Origin: a virus
Taxonomy: Duplodnaviria; Caudoviricetes
Virus record (IMG/VR): IMGVR_UViG_3300033416_000002
Coordinates: 5,012-69,011 of that record
DNA: 64,000 nt
Strand: one strand, 5' to 3'
Shown here in pieces: positions 8,960-17,842 of this stretch. A program made the position numbers and the translations under genes. The notes under the pieces are model-generated. The model searched no databases. It was not told the origin of the DNA and saw only the letters and a list, made by a program, of their open reading frames with translations. Position 1 is the stretch's first letter; every line of letters starts with the position of its first letter.

Positions 8960-9190
8960 AGGCTGCAAAGCCTACCGATTGACGGTAGCGTGTTACAACA
9001 ACACGCTACCGTCAATCGTTGTAACGCTAGGACGTGATAGCGTGAGGATGCCGCTACCACGGATAACGTTAGCGTGAGGATACCACTAACGTTATGTGAC
9101 CGTTGGCCTAGTGGTCGAGCGAATCACTAGGACGGTAGCGTAAATATGACTTCGGGATGAACCCGACGGGGCAGCCCTCGCCCGAAATCT
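8960..9190 (+). ncRNA. Candidate structured RNA / early leader
   Basis: AGGCT-GCAA-AGCCT; 19-bp perfect stem 8976-8994/9000-9018; 10-bp stem 9063-9072/9086-9095; stem 9107-9115/9123-9131 with a G-U pair; stem 9148-9156/9181-9189. Confidence 0.45.
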
Positions 9191-9209
9191 GAGGGCCGCG
9201 GAGGATACC

Positions 9210-9665
9210 ATGTCGCGCAATGACCGCCGCAAGGCGTCGCGCGCGAAGTGGGCCGCGATGGACCGTGAGCAGAGTATGTCCTGCTCGCCCGAAATGGGCG
9301 CATACCTGGCGCACCTATTGCACCAGGGGCCGCGCACTTCGGACGAGAAGCGGATGATGCTCACGGCCCGGCCGGAGGTCGTGCGCTTGCGCGTGCCCGA
9401 CACGTACACTGGGGATATGTACGAGGTCGTGTCGGACCATGGCGCCACGATGAAGGAGCGCGTCCGCAAGTCTATCGTGGACGCGCGCCCGGCCCGGACC
9501 CGGCGTGTGCCGGAGTATGTCGCGCGCGGTAGCCGCGTGCGCGTGCTTCAGCCTGCGCTGCGCCCGACGCCCGCCCACCTGCGCCCGGTGCCCGAACCGA
9601 AGCATGATAGGCGCTGGCGCGTCAACTGGGTTGACGCTACCGGCGAGGTGTTCGCAATCGAATAG
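9210..9665 (+). CDS. Hypothetical early protein
   Basis: GGAGG RBS; first ORF of the early array. Confidence 0.65.
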   Translation: MSRNDRRKASRAKWAAMDREQSMSCSPEMGAYLAHLLHQGPRTSDEKRMMLTARPEVVRLRVPDTYTGDMYEVVSDHGATMKERVRKSIVDARPARTRRVPEYVARGSRVRVLQPALRPTPAHLRPVPEPKHDRRWRVNWVDATGEVFAIE

Positions 9666-9671
9666 AGCGCC

Positions 9672-9756
9672 CAAGGGCGGCCCGTGTCGGGCCGTCCCTT
9701 GACGCGCGCCCAGACCACCTGATGCCGTGCGCATCGGGTGGCCTGGGCGCGCGTTT
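9672..9756 (+). other. Two back-to-back long hairpins (processing site or terminator)
   Basis: 9672-9684/9688-9701, and a 24-bp stem 9702-9725/9731-9754 with one G-U pair and one mismatch. Confidence 0.6.
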
Positions 9757-9779
9757 GCGTGCAGGAGAACGGAGGTAGT

Positions 9780-10043
9780 ATGGCACATCAGGCGTACAGG
9801 GTGTGCCCGTGTCGCGACGGAGAGCAGAAGTTGTACCGCTTCTCCAATGGCTATGGCGCGTCAGTGGTGCGTCATAGCTTCTCATACGGGCACGAAGAGG
9901 GGTTGCGGGAGCTGGCAGTGATTCGGTTCGACAAGGCGGGTGAGTGGGACATCGTGTACGACACGCCAATCACGAGCGACGTGATTGGGAGCCTCACGCC
10001 CTCCGAGGTGGAGACGGTCCTAGACGCCATCGCGGCGCTGTAG
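9780..10043 (+). CDS. Conserved phage hypothetical protein
   Basis: GGAGG RBS; YRFSNGYGASVV..SYG..YDTPITSDVIG pattern, which I recognise as a recurrent phage family. Confidence 0.75.
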   Translation: MAHQAYRVCPCRDGEQKLYRFSNGYGASVVRHSFSYGHEEGLRELAVIRFDKAGEWDIVYDTPITSDVIGSLTPSEVETVLDAIAAL

Positions 10044-10051
10044 GGGGGTCT

Positions 10052-10300
10052 ATGGACTGGGACGCAGGCGATCCAGGGGATCTGATCGCCGAAGCCCGGC
10101 TCAAGACGGGCCGGGTCCAGGTGCGTCGCGTCAGGGTGGGGACTCGTCGATACGAGTTCTTGCTCCGGCGCGAGACTCGCAAGGGGTGGAGATGGCTCTC
10201 CACTCCCGATACGTCGCGGGCTGGTGCGGTATACCAGCTCTGCGAAATGCAGGTCCGTGAAGGATACAAGGAGGGACTGCGATGGAGTTGGTCCGCGTAA
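10052..10300 (+). CDS. Hypothetical protein
   Basis: G-rich RBS, tight packing. Confidence 0.55.
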   Translation: MDWDAGDPGDLIAEARLKTGRVQVRRVRVGTRRYEFLLRRETRKGWRWLSTPDTSRAGAVYQLCEMQVREGYKEGLRWSWSA

Positions 10301-10440
10301 AGAGCGGGCCGTTCCGCAAGCGTCTCGCGCTCGCGGAGCGCCGCAATAGCTCGTGGGTCATGACCTTCGGGGGGTCGGGTGTGCGGGTCGTCGTCCCGGC
10401 CAGGCGGGTCAAGGTCATGAGGGTGCAAAAGGCGGCCTGA
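10282..10440 (+). CDS. Small basic hypothetical protein (52 aa, not in ORF track)
   Basis: GGAGG RBS, MELVRVKSG...QKAA, TGATG coupling to the next ORF. Confidence 0.55.
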   Translation: MELVRVKSGPFRKRLALAERRNSSWVMTFGGSGVRVVVPARRVKVMRVQKAA

Positions 10441-11021
10441 TGGTCACAACGGCGGACCTGATCCGCCGAATGGGTGGGACCGTGCCGAACACGGACAATG
10501 ACACAGGGATAGCGTTTGGCGCGGTCATGCAACACGACCTCGCGGACTGGGTGCTCGACGAGATCGAGACTCACGGTGAGTACGTGGGGATGTGCCAAGA
10601 GGGCGTGTGTGAGGACTGGGGCGATGCCTGCGAGACCTGTTCCGGGCCGGAGGGCGAGGACTTCCTCTACACCTACGACCAGCTCGTAGACGGGCCAGAC
10701 GGCAAGCCGGGGCAACTCAAGATCGAGACGTTCTATCTGGGTGGAGCAATCCATCTGTCGGTGCAGGCGTCGCCCTGGGTGGCGCAGGTTCCGGAATGTT
10801 CGCCGTGCGTACCGTGCGCGGGGGATCTGGAGCCACCGTGTGAGCGGCCCAAGATGGAAAGCCGCAATGCGGCGCGCGCCCTGTTCGATGCGGTTCGGAG
10901 TGAGTTGGCGCGTGCGTGTCCGCTGATCTCGCCCTCGTCGTGGAGGCAGATTGGCACACGGCCTGCGCCAATCATGGTGCTGGCCTACGATCTCCCGCCA
11001 GACTGGTGGCGGGAGGACTGA
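10440..11021 (+). CDS. Hypothetical Cys-rich acidic protein
   Basis: Coupled start; CxxC pairs (CETC, CSPCVPC). Confidence 0.7.
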   Translation: MVTTADLIRRMGGTVPNTDNDTGIAFGAVMQHDLADWVLDEIETHGEYVGMCQEGVCEDWGDACETCSGPEGEDFLYTYDQLVDGPDGKPGQLKIETFYLGGAIHLSVQASPWVAQVPECSPCVPCAGDLEPPCERPKMESRNAARALFDAVRSELARACPLISPSSWRQIGTRPAPIMVLAYDLPPDWWRED

Positions 11022-11035
11022 AAAGGAGCGCAAGT

Positions 11036-11230
11036 GTGAACGTGCATGTGCAGGCGTTGGAATCGGTAGGAGTGGACCGCTGCGTATATGAGCCAGAGGG
11101 GCGCGTCCTCCGCATCCACTATGCGGATGGCCGGATCGTGCAGGTGCAGAACGCGCGGGTGGCGCATCCTGGTGCGCCACAGCACACGCTGAGGTATGCG
11201 GCGCGTCGCGCGGGAGTGCCGAGCTGCTAG
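11036..11230 (+). CDS. Small protein, KTSC-like
   Basis: AAGGAG RBS; SVG..YEPEGRVLRIHYADG resembles the KTSC pattern. Confidence 0.4.
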   Translation: MNVHVQALESVGVDRCVYEPEGRVLRIHYADGRIVQVQNARVAHPGAPQHTLRYAARRAGVPSC

Positions 11231-11315
11231 CAGGTCACGGGCTGGGCTGGTGCCGGAGGCCGGGGTTCGATTCCCTGGGTGCCCGCATGGTAGCACAAGT
11301 GTTCTAGGGGGTGCT

Positions 11316-11579
11316 ATGGCAAAGAGCAAGCGGCGACAGCTCCGCGAGGGGTACGCTTGGCCGGGCGGGTATCCGCTGTTTGGCCTTGCGGTTCAGAAGG
11401 ACGGCCACGACAAGGCAGAGTACGTCATGTGCCCGAAGTGTGCCGGAAAGCGGGACTGGCTCGACCACCGCATCATCGCGGTGGACGCAAACTGGGAAGA
11501 TCCGCTGCTATTCTGCGACTTTTGCAACGAGCGGATCGAGTCTGCCTATGCGGAGGATGGGGATGGGCCGCACTCGTAG
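11316..11579 (+). CDS. Conserved phage Zn-finger hypothetical protein
   Basis: AWPGGYP, CPKC, NWED..CDFC..IESAY motifs. Confidence 0.7.
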   Translation: MAKSKRRQLREGYAWPGGYPLFGLAVQKDGHDKAEYVMCPKCAGKRDWLDHRIIAVDANWEDPLLFCDFCNERIESAYAEDGDGPHS

Positions 11580-11589
11580 ACCACTGAGA

Positions 11590-11796
11590 ATGTACCTGGC
11601 ATATCGTCCGCGAGCGGACGGCTCCCGGCCCATCGGCACAGAGGGGCAAACGATCTTTCACGCCTCTGGAGATCGGTGGGCGGTGGTGGTCGCAAAACGA
11701 CGGTTGGCAACCGACCGGATCGTGGTGGTTCGGCTCGGGGAGAACATCTTTTCCGAGAAGGACGAACGGGTAATCTACCCAAGGGAGAGAACATGA
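11590..11796 (+). CDS. Hypothetical protein
   Basis: Fills the gap and overlaps the next start; exact start uncertain (11563 possible). Confidence 0.5.
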   Translation: MYLAYRPRADGSRPIGTEGQTIFHASGDRWAVVVAKRRLATDRIVVVRLGENIFSEKDERVIYPRERT

Positions 11797-12323
11797 CCAA
11801 GGCGCAGGTGCAGGTGCAGGAGCAGGTAAAGGTGTGCATCCGCGACGGGTGCGACAACCCGGCAAGCCCGAAGTCCACGAAGGGCTACTGCGAGGACTGC
11901 ATGAAGCAGGCGCGGCGGGCGTGGCTCACGATGGTCCGCGAGAAGGGCGCGGAGCGTGACGCCCAGCGCCAGGAGTGGGCGAAGGCGTGGGAGGCGGGGA
12001 TGGTGGCGGGCGCCACCGCCGCCGCCGCGTGTGTGCCGGAGCCGATCCAGGTGGTCAATGCCTTCACGAAGGCGGTGGAGGCCATCAGCTACAGCAAGGG
12101 ATTCGCGTGGTTGCGGGTGTATCCCGGCAACTGCGCGTTCGCCCGGTGGCTGGTGAGCGAGCATCAGGCGGACCCCGCCCATCGCGGTGGGGTGCAGGTG
12201 ATGATCCGGGGCTACGACCAGAGCATCGAGCGCAAGACCGCGCACGCGAACGCGATGGCGCAGGTGCTTCGCACCGCGAACGTGGGCCGGGCGGAGATCT
12301 ACGTCAACAGCCAGGAGGACTGA
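11793..12323 (+). CDS. Conserved phage hypothetical protein with N-terminal Cys motif
   Basis: C..GC...YCEDC; GFAW..GN..FARW..GG..QS.ERK.A.A..L pattern. Confidence 0.7.
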   Translation: MTKAQVQVQEQVKVCIRDGCDNPASPKSTKGYCEDCMKQARRAWLTMVREKGAERDAQRQEWAKAWEAGMVAGATAAAACVPEPIQVVNAFTKAVEAISYSKGFAWLRVYPGNCAFARWLVSEHQADPAHRGGVQVMIRGYDQSIERKTAHANAMAQVLRTANVGRAEIYVNSQED

Positions 12324-12778
12324 TGCACCATCGGCGGTACGTCAACGTCTATTCGATCGACCGCCTTTTCGGGGGGCCGGAGGAAGGGGGCTGGTGGTAC
12401 GACACGGGCACCCCGGTGCTTACCGTGATGGTGGAGCATCCGGAGAAGTGTCGCTGGGGACTGGTGGTTCGCTTCTGCCAGGGACAGGGCTGGGCCGCGG
12501 TTGGACAGGGGTGGTACTGGTGGTGGGAGGATGCGGGACACATCGCGCAGTCGTACCAGCGCGGGCCGTTCACCACGCGCAACGCGGCACGAGCGGCGGC
12601 TCGGGTGTCGTGGCTGGATGAGATGGAAGGGGACATCGAGGCCATCGTCTCAGCACTGACCACGATCTACCCCGACACGGGCAAGCGGAACTCGGTCCTC
12701 GGCGGCGAGGATTACGTGGTGTGGATCGAGGACGGGCCGGGCGTGTTCTGGCCGAACGAAAGGCCACGCTACGAGTGA
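12323..12778 (+). CDS. Conserved phage hypothetical protein
   Basis: GGPEEGGWWY motif; TGATG coupling. Confidence 0.7.
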   Translation: MHHRRYVNVYSIDRLFGGPEEGGWWYDTGTPVLTVMVEHPEKCRWGLVVRFCQGQGWAAVGQGWYWWWEDAGHIAQSYQRGPFTTRNAARAAARVSWLDEMEGDIEAIVSALTTIYPDTGKRNSVLGGEDYVVWIEDGPGVFWPNERPRYE

Positions 12779-13119
12779 GATACCGGGATCGGCGCAGGTT
12801 CAGGCGGCTACATCACGAGTGCTCCAAGCTGAATAGCGAGTTGCTCGCGGCGCGGCTGCACATCGTGGGGCTCAACTCTCAGTTGGAGACCGCATTCCAG
12901 ACGGAGCAGGCGCTAACCACGCGCCTCCGGATTGCGGTGCTGATCCGGGGCAGAGACATGACCGCAGAGGAGTTCGAGGCGTTGACGGGGGAACCTCCGG
13001 AGCGCGATGACCTGGGGCGCGTCAACTGCAAGACGGCCGGGGAGTTGTGGCACCAGGGTTGTGGCCTGTGCCCGATGTGTGGGCTACCGAAGTTCATGTG
13101 TGACCACGAGAAGGAGTGA
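12775..13119 (+). CDS. Hypothetical protein (coiled coil + Cys/His C-term)
   Basis: GTGA overlap; DDL.RVNC..G...H..CG.C motif. Confidence 0.6.
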   Translation: MRYRDRRRFRRLHHECSKLNSELLAARLHIVGLNSQLETAFQTEQALTTRLRIAVLIRGRDMTAEEFEALTGEPPERDDLGRVNCKTAGELWHQGCGLCPMCGLPKFMCDHEKE

Positions 13120-13130
13120 GGGAGGGGCGA

Positions 13131-13514
13131 ATGAGGGAGATCACAAGGAAGGTCGCAGGAGCGTTCGTGCGCAGGGAGCGGCGCTGGCTCGGCAACACGA
13201 TCACAGACGGGACGGTGCTCTACTTGCACTCAAACGCGATCGTGTGGCGCGAGTATTGCCCAGAGGCGGGCCAGGAGCAACTGCACTTCACGCTGGCCGG
13301 GTGGGCCACGCCGACAACGCGCGAACGGCTGAACGGGGTGATGGAGTGTCTCGGGTGGTCCTGGCGCTTCTACCAGGAGCACAATCGCCAGTGGATCGGG
13401 CGATACGACCGGCCCGAAACGCACTTCGAGATCTCCTCGGATACGGTCATCGTGTTCGACGAGGTGAGCAACATCGTGGAGGTGAAGGGGCGATGCCTAA
13501 TAGCTGGGCGGTAA
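13131..13514 (+). CDS. Conserved phage hypothetical protein
   Basis: LH.N.I..GW.T.TT.ERLN motif; GGAGG RBS. Confidence 0.7.
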   Translation: MREITRKVAGAFVRRERRWLGNTITDGTVLYLHSNAIVWREYCPEAGQEQLHFTLAGWATPTTRERLNGVMECLGWSWRFYQEHNRQWIGRYDRPETHFEISSDTVIVFDEVSNIVEVKGRCLIAGR

Positions 13515-13867
13515 CCGTCTGGCACGGCGAGTCCAAGACGCTCTACTACCTGACCAGTCACCGGGAGGGCGACCCGGATGATGTCTGGACGGTGGTCAAG
13601 ACGTACCGCTCGTGGGAGCGGGTAATCGAGGCGCGTGATCGCCTCAACGCGGGCCTGACGACCTGCGACGTGCTGGTCTACCTGGACAGCAGTCTCTCCA
13701 TCGTGAAGCCCCAGACCGATGGGGCGCGCGACTGGATCAGCGAGCATATCAGCGAGGATGCGCAGTGGTTCGCCGGGGGAGTCGTGGTCGAGCCGCGGTA
13801 TCTGGAGGACGTGGTGGTCGGGATGCGGGAGGACGGGCTCGTCGTTCACCCGGAGATTGAGCAGTGA
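13493..13867 (+). CDS. Hypothetical protein
   Basis: GAAGGGG RBS; tight packing. Confidence 0.6.
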   Translation: MPNSWAVTVWHGESKTLYYLTSHREGDPDDVWTVVKTYRSWERVIEARDRLNAGLTTCDVLVYLDSSLSIVKPQTDGARDWISEHISEDAQWFAGGVVVEPRYLEDVVVGMREDGLVVHPEIEQ

Positions 13868-14094
13868 CAGTGAAACCCGAGTTCGAGGTGGCGATGCGAG
13901 CGCGCACACTGGCAGAGGACTGGCACGATGGCCAGTGGTCGGCGATGTACGCCCTCGCGTCCTCTGGCACCGTGGTCACCGGGTTGGCAAGAGAGTTTCG
14001 GCGGTGCGCCACTATGACTGACGATCGTGTGGAGATGATGGAGTTGCTGGAAGCCGCGGAGTGGGCCGAACAACGAGAACCGGAGGGGGAATGA
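13864..14094 (+). CDS. Conserved phage hypothetical protein
   Basis: WHDGQWSAMYALASSG motif; GTGA overlap. Confidence 0.65.
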   Translation: MTVKPEFEVAMRARTLAEDWHDGQWSAMYALASSGTVVTGLAREFRRCATMTDDRVEMMELLEAAEWAEQREPEGE

Positions 14095-14621
14095 CTAGCA
14101 CGGATGAGGTACGGCGTGATCTGATCCTATGGGTCGGGGTGAGGCCCATACACTCGCGTGACACGAGAGCGTTCGCCTACCGGATACGGCTCAACGCCGA
14201 GCGCGTGAATGTGCTGATCGGGATGGCGCGGGCCGTAAGGAACGCCTGCCAGGTGGATGAGGGTCTGGCCTCCGATGGTGGCTTGACGCTTCCACCTCTG
14301 GTGCCAACGCCGTGGCGCGTCGTTTGGAACAGCAGGGTGACAGAGGAGTGTGGCTGGCTGATTGACGACTCCATCGTCGTCCGTGACGATGACACCAGAA
14401 CGGACATCGAGAACCACTACCATGCGTTCGTTCCGGGGGACGAGCCGCCGTACTTCTATCAGCACATGGTCGCCCCGATCTACGAGAAGGTGATCGCCGA
14501 TCGGGACGGCGACATCTGCTGGGAGGTGTACGAGGCAGGAGAACCGCTGCCGCTTCAAACGTCGTTCGTGCCGCTGAACGCACTCCGGGGCTTTGCGGCC
14601 TGGATCGGAAAGGATGAGTGA
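14091..14621 (+). CDS. Hypothetical protein
   Basis: GGAGG RBS, ATGA overlap. Confidence 0.65.
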   Translation: MTSTDEVRRDLILWVGVRPIHSRDTRAFAYRIRLNAERVNVLIGMARAVRNACQVDEGLASDGGLTLPPLVPTPWRVVWNSRVTEECGWLIDDSIVVRDDDTRTDIENHYHAFVPGDEPPYFYQHMVAPIYEKVIADRDGDICWEVYEAGEPLPLQTSFVPLNALRGFAAWIGKDE

Positions 14622-15088
14622 TGTACGCCTATCAGGCGGATCTGTGGTGCGGTGACTGTGCCGACAAGATCAAGGCGGACCTGCGCGCCGAGGGGCGCGA
14701 GGACACCGGGGACACGGACGACTGGCCCCAGTGGGGGAGCGACGAGGAGCCCTCAGACACCCCGTGGCACTGTGCGGGGTGCGGGGTGTTTCTGGAGAAT
14801 CCGCTCACGGAGGACGGCGAGCGGTACGTCGGCGAGCACCTCGCGGAAGCGTTGTGCCAGCGGCACGAGGGGATGGACGTTGGCCCTTGTATCGCGGACT
14901 GGTGGGACACCTACGCTGGGAACGAGATGGTGGCGCGAGCGATCGCCGTGGAGTTGTGGGAGCGGGCGAAGTGGTGGCAGCACCCGGCCGATCGAGACCG
15001 CAACCTGTCGATAGCCGCCGCGGTGCTGCTGAGGCGGCTCGCGTGCAAGGGGATCGAGTGGCTCTCCTGGGACGAGGAGTGGGCGTGA
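14618..15088 (+). CDS. Acidic Zn-finger hypothetical protein
   Basis: YQADLWCGDC, HCAGC..LENPLT.DG..Y motifs. Confidence 0.7.
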   Translation: MMYAYQADLWCGDCADKIKADLRAEGREDTGDTDDWPQWGSDEEPSDTPWHCAGCGVFLENPLTEDGERYVGEHLAEALCQRHEGMDVGPCIADWWDTYAGNEMVARAIAVELWERAKWWQHPADRDRNLSIAAAVLLRRLACKGIEWLSWDEEWA

Positions 15089-15705
15089 TGCTCAACGATC
15101 CGTTTGAGCCAATGTTGCTACCGCCGAACCAGTTTGGCATCCGCACGGCGGACAATAGGCCACGTATCGAGTGGCAACTGCTGATGGACGGTGACGACCA
15201 CGTAGAGGCGGCGGGGCCATTCTGGAGCGAGGAGTTCTTCTACTACCTCGTGCTTCAGATCCAGACGTTCAAGAGCGACGAGCAGCCCGAGCATTGGCAG
15301 CGCGAGGGCATCGACATCATGACTCACTACGCCACGCTGCACGTCGTCTCGTTCTCGCAACTGAAGCGCAAGAACCTCCTGCGGGTGCTGGACTCGAACC
15401 AGGGCTGGAAGCCGGGGTGTGGTGAGCCCGCCGTGGGTAAGCACTGGCTGGCCTACGACTGTGCGCTCTACGGGTGCGCGGCCTGCGTCTGGCAGGACTC
15501 GATCGAGATTCCCGAGTGCGACGACTGGGAGCCCGTCTGGGAGCGCCTTGAGGAATGGGCCAAGGCCGAAGCCTTGAGCGTTCGCGTGATCTTCGGCATC
15601 TACATGGACCAGCGCATGAACATGGTCGGAGCGACCGGGTGGGACTTCGTTCAGGGCGAGATGCTCCCCACATCCATGCGGCGCGTTGACACCGAGTTGG
15701 CTTAG
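15088..15705 (+). CDS. Hypothetical protein
   Basis: TGATG coupling, coding-like composition. Confidence 0.65.
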   Translation: MLNDPFEPMLLPPNQFGIRTADNRPRIEWQLLMDGDDHVEAAGPFWSEEFFYYLVLQIQTFKSDEQPEHWQREGIDIMTHYATLHVVSFSQLKRKNLLRVLDSNQGWKPGCGEPAVGKHWLAYDCALYGCAACVWQDSIEIPECDDWEPVWERLEEWAKAEALSVRVIFGIYMDQRMNMVGATGWDFVQGEMLPTSMRRVDTELA

Positions 15706-15714
15706 TAGTATACT
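15686..15714 (+). promoter_or_regulatory. Consensus sigma70 promoter
   Basis: TTGACA-17nt-TATACT. Confidence 0.8.
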
Positions 15715-15725
15715 AGGAGCGCACT

Positions 15726-15959
15726 ATGGCATGGTACATTGGCATCCCGGTGAACAAGCCCAAGGGGCGCGAGGTGGTGCAGGCGTCTCAGACCCGGGGG
15801 CTCAAGGACCGCTACGAGGTACTCATCGGCCCGGTGGAGAAGCGGGTAGCCCATTGGGGGGCGGCCAATCCGACTCTGTGGGTCACGGCTCACGACGCCG
15901 AGGTGGGATGTGGACTTCGGACGACAAAGGGGATCACATGCTCACACTTGCGGCGGTAG
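15726..15959 (+). CDS. Hypothetical protein
   Basis: AGGAG RBS right after the promoter. Confidence 0.55.
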   Translation: MAWYIGIPVNKPKGREVVQASQTRGLKDRYEVLIGPVEKRVAHWGAANPTLWVTAHDAEVGCGLRTTKGITCSHLRR

Positions 15960-16318
15960 TCACCTGTACTCCGGAGCAGCACGCGACCCTCCTTGCGCTG
16001 GCGCGCTGGGCGGCGTCGGCGGGATTCGGAGAGGACACACACGAGAAGTTCACGGACGCCCTGGAAGCGGTCGAGAACGTGGAGTTGGTCCCCGTCGAGT
16101 TCGACGCGGGGCCGTATGACGTTCACATCGACCTCGATCGCAAGCACGGCTACTACGAACACCGCGACTTCGGCGACGAGGACAGCGGCGCCTTCACGAT
16201 CAAGCGGGCGCTCACAGACTACGATGAGGTGGGGGCGCTCCCACAAGACGTGGTGGACGCTATCCGGACTCACGGCTACGTGGTCGAGTGGGGCATGACT
16301 GAGGAAGAACCAGACTGA
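15938..16318 (+). CDS. Acidic hypothetical protein
   Basis: AAAGGGG RBS. Confidence 0.6.
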   Translation: MLTLAAVVTCTPEQHATLLALARWAASAGFGEDTHEKFTDALEAVENVELVPVEFDAGPYDVHIDLDRKHGYYEHRDFGDEDSGAFTIKRALTDYDEVGALPQDVVDAIRTHGYVVEWGMTEEEPD

Positions 16319-16324
16319 AAGGGG

Positions 16325-16573
16325 ATGACGATGGCAACCTATCGGGTAGGCATCTGGAGGTGTCCAACGAGTACCTCGCGGCCGGAGTGGGTGAGGATCG
16401 AAGCGGCCACACCACATCAAGCCGCCTTGACCGCGGCCAGGCATGTGAACGACCTGGGCGATCTTCGGTCCTACGCCAGCGGTATGGGTGAGTTCAGTAC
16501 GAGCAGTCATGTGTACCGGGTCAGCGTGATGCCCGACGATAAGCTCGGCACCGTGGTGGGGACGGGTCGATGA
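16325..16573 (+). CDS. Hypothetical protein
   Basis: RBS and packing. Confidence 0.55.
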   Translation: MTMATYRVGIWRCPTSTSRPEWVRIEAATPHQAALTAARHVNDLGDLRSYASGMGEFSTSSHVYRVSVMPDDKLGTVVGTGR

Positions 16574-16764
16574 GCGGCGAGAAGAGGTGGAACCACGCCG
16601 TGTGCATCGCGTTCCAGGTGATCTCGGACCACGAGGACGTGCCGACGCCGGAGGAGGTGCTGCCAGCGATGCTCCGGCGATACCAGAGCTGGCTGCTGCC
16701 GGAGAACCGGCAGGACTGCATCGAGAGCATCGAGTCGTTCGACGTGTTCGAGGAGGGGACGTGA
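16570..16764 (+). CDS. Small acidic hypothetical protein
   Basis: ATGA overlap. Confidence 0.6.
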   Translation: MSGEKRWNHAVCIAFQVISDHEDVPTPEEVLPAMLRRYQSWLLPENRQDCIESIESFDVFEEGT

Positions 16765-17099
16765 GCAGACAGCCGTGCGGGCCGAATGGAGAGGCGTTGC
16801 TGGCGCACCTCGGGCGGGCTCTGGATCGCGGGGACGCCGAGGAGCTGCACCGAGTCGCAAGGAGACTCGTGTCGCTCCTTTCGGAGATCGAGGATAGCCT
16901 GATTTCCGAGGAGTTCGTGGACGGCGAGCTTGACGAGCTTGTCATCTGCGGTGAGATAGGGAAGGGTGGAGCGCACTGCGCGGGGTGTCCGCACGCAGTA
17001 CCACACGAGTGGATGTCGCCCCCTGACGACGAGTGCAATCTGCCCTGCTGCTTCAGCAACGGCAACGCAGTGTGTGTGCCGGTAGAGGGGGATGGCTAA
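16761..17099 (+). CDS. Hypothetical protein with Cys-rich C-term
   Basis: GGAGG RBS; C.GC.HA..H...C...CC...C pattern. Confidence 0.6.
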   Translation: MSRQPCGPNGEALLAHLGRALDRGDAEELHRVARRLVSLLSEIEDSLISEEFVDGELDELVICGEIGKGGAHCAGCPHAVPHEWMSPPDDECNLPCCFSNGNAVCVPVEGDG

Positions 17100-17470
17100 T
17101 GTCGAAGCGCACCCTGAAGCTGACGTACTACTGGTCGGATGCCGAGGGGGACTGGGAGGAGGAGATCGAGGTCCCCGCCCACTGGGTGATCTGCGGCATC
17201 TGTCGGGGTGAGGGGCACCATGCCCGCCACATTGACGGGAACGGACTCACCCAAGCGGACATGGACGAGCTGGGCGACGAGTTCATGGAGGACTACATGG
17301 CGGGCCGCTTCGATCAGGTCTGCTCGGAGTGCGGGGGGACCGGCAAGGTGCTGGAGCCCGACGTGGACCGCTGTACCACCGAGCAGCTTCGGGCGGTCGA
17401 TCAGGACGCGGAAAGGCGGTACGCGGAGTACCAGGAAACGCACATGCGCGCGTACACGGGGGAGTGGTGA
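17099..17470 (+). CDS. DnaJ-type CxxCxGxG zinc-finger protein
   Basis: CGICRGEG and CSECGGTG repeats. Confidence 0.7.
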   Translation: MSKRTLKLTYYWSDAEGDWEEEIEVPAHWVICGICRGEGHHARHIDGNGLTQADMDELGDEFMEDYMAGRFDQVCSECGGTGKVLEPDVDRCTTEQLRAVDQDAERRYAEYQETHMRAYTGEW

Positions 17471-17471
17471 C

Positions 17472-17639
17472 ATGATCTGGGCAACGGTAATCGTGATTCT
17501 GTCCGACTTTGATCCGCGCGGAGCCGAGCTGGAGGATCTGGCCCGAGATGCGGTCTCGGGTGAGTCGTACTGCATCTCGATGGAGAGCAGAGAAGCAACG
17601 TCGGCAGAGATAGGCCAGACGGGAGAGTTCTTCGAGTGA
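17472..17639 (+). CDS. Small hypothetical protein
   Basis: Packing and overlap with the next ORF. Confidence 0.5.
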   Translation: MIWATVIVILSDFDPRGAELEDLARDAVSGESYCISMESREATSAEIGQTGEFFE

Positions 17640-17839
17640 CATCGGACACTCGGTTCTTCGCACTCCTCGACAACGAGCATGTGGTACTCATCGCGGGGGC
17701 GCATTCGTGGGACGATGCGTTCGTGCATGAGCCAGAGGGTACGATCTGGGTGTTCACGGAGAACGGGCTCCGCGATCTAGTCTGGCAGATTGCGGTAGCA
17801 CTTGATGAGTCCGTGCCAGACTGGTCAGATGGAGGGTGA
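17636..17839 (+). CDS. Small hypothetical protein
   Basis: GTGA overlap. Confidence 0.5.
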   Translation: MTSDTRFFALLDNEHVVLIAGAHSWDDAFVHEPEGTIWVFTENGLRDLVWQIAVALDESVPDWSDGG

Positions 17840-17842
17840 CGA

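Noticed and set aside
11238-11290. Functional tRNA gene
   Set aside because: Only the T-arm is convincing; no 7-bp acceptor stem, D arm, anticodon arm or CCA. Kept only as a tRNA-like fragment.
7643-15725. GGAGCGCA start-associated sequence (about 7644, 11025, 15716)
   Set aside because: Three copies built on the ordinary GGAG Shine-Dalgarno in GC-rich DNA; chance is not excluded.
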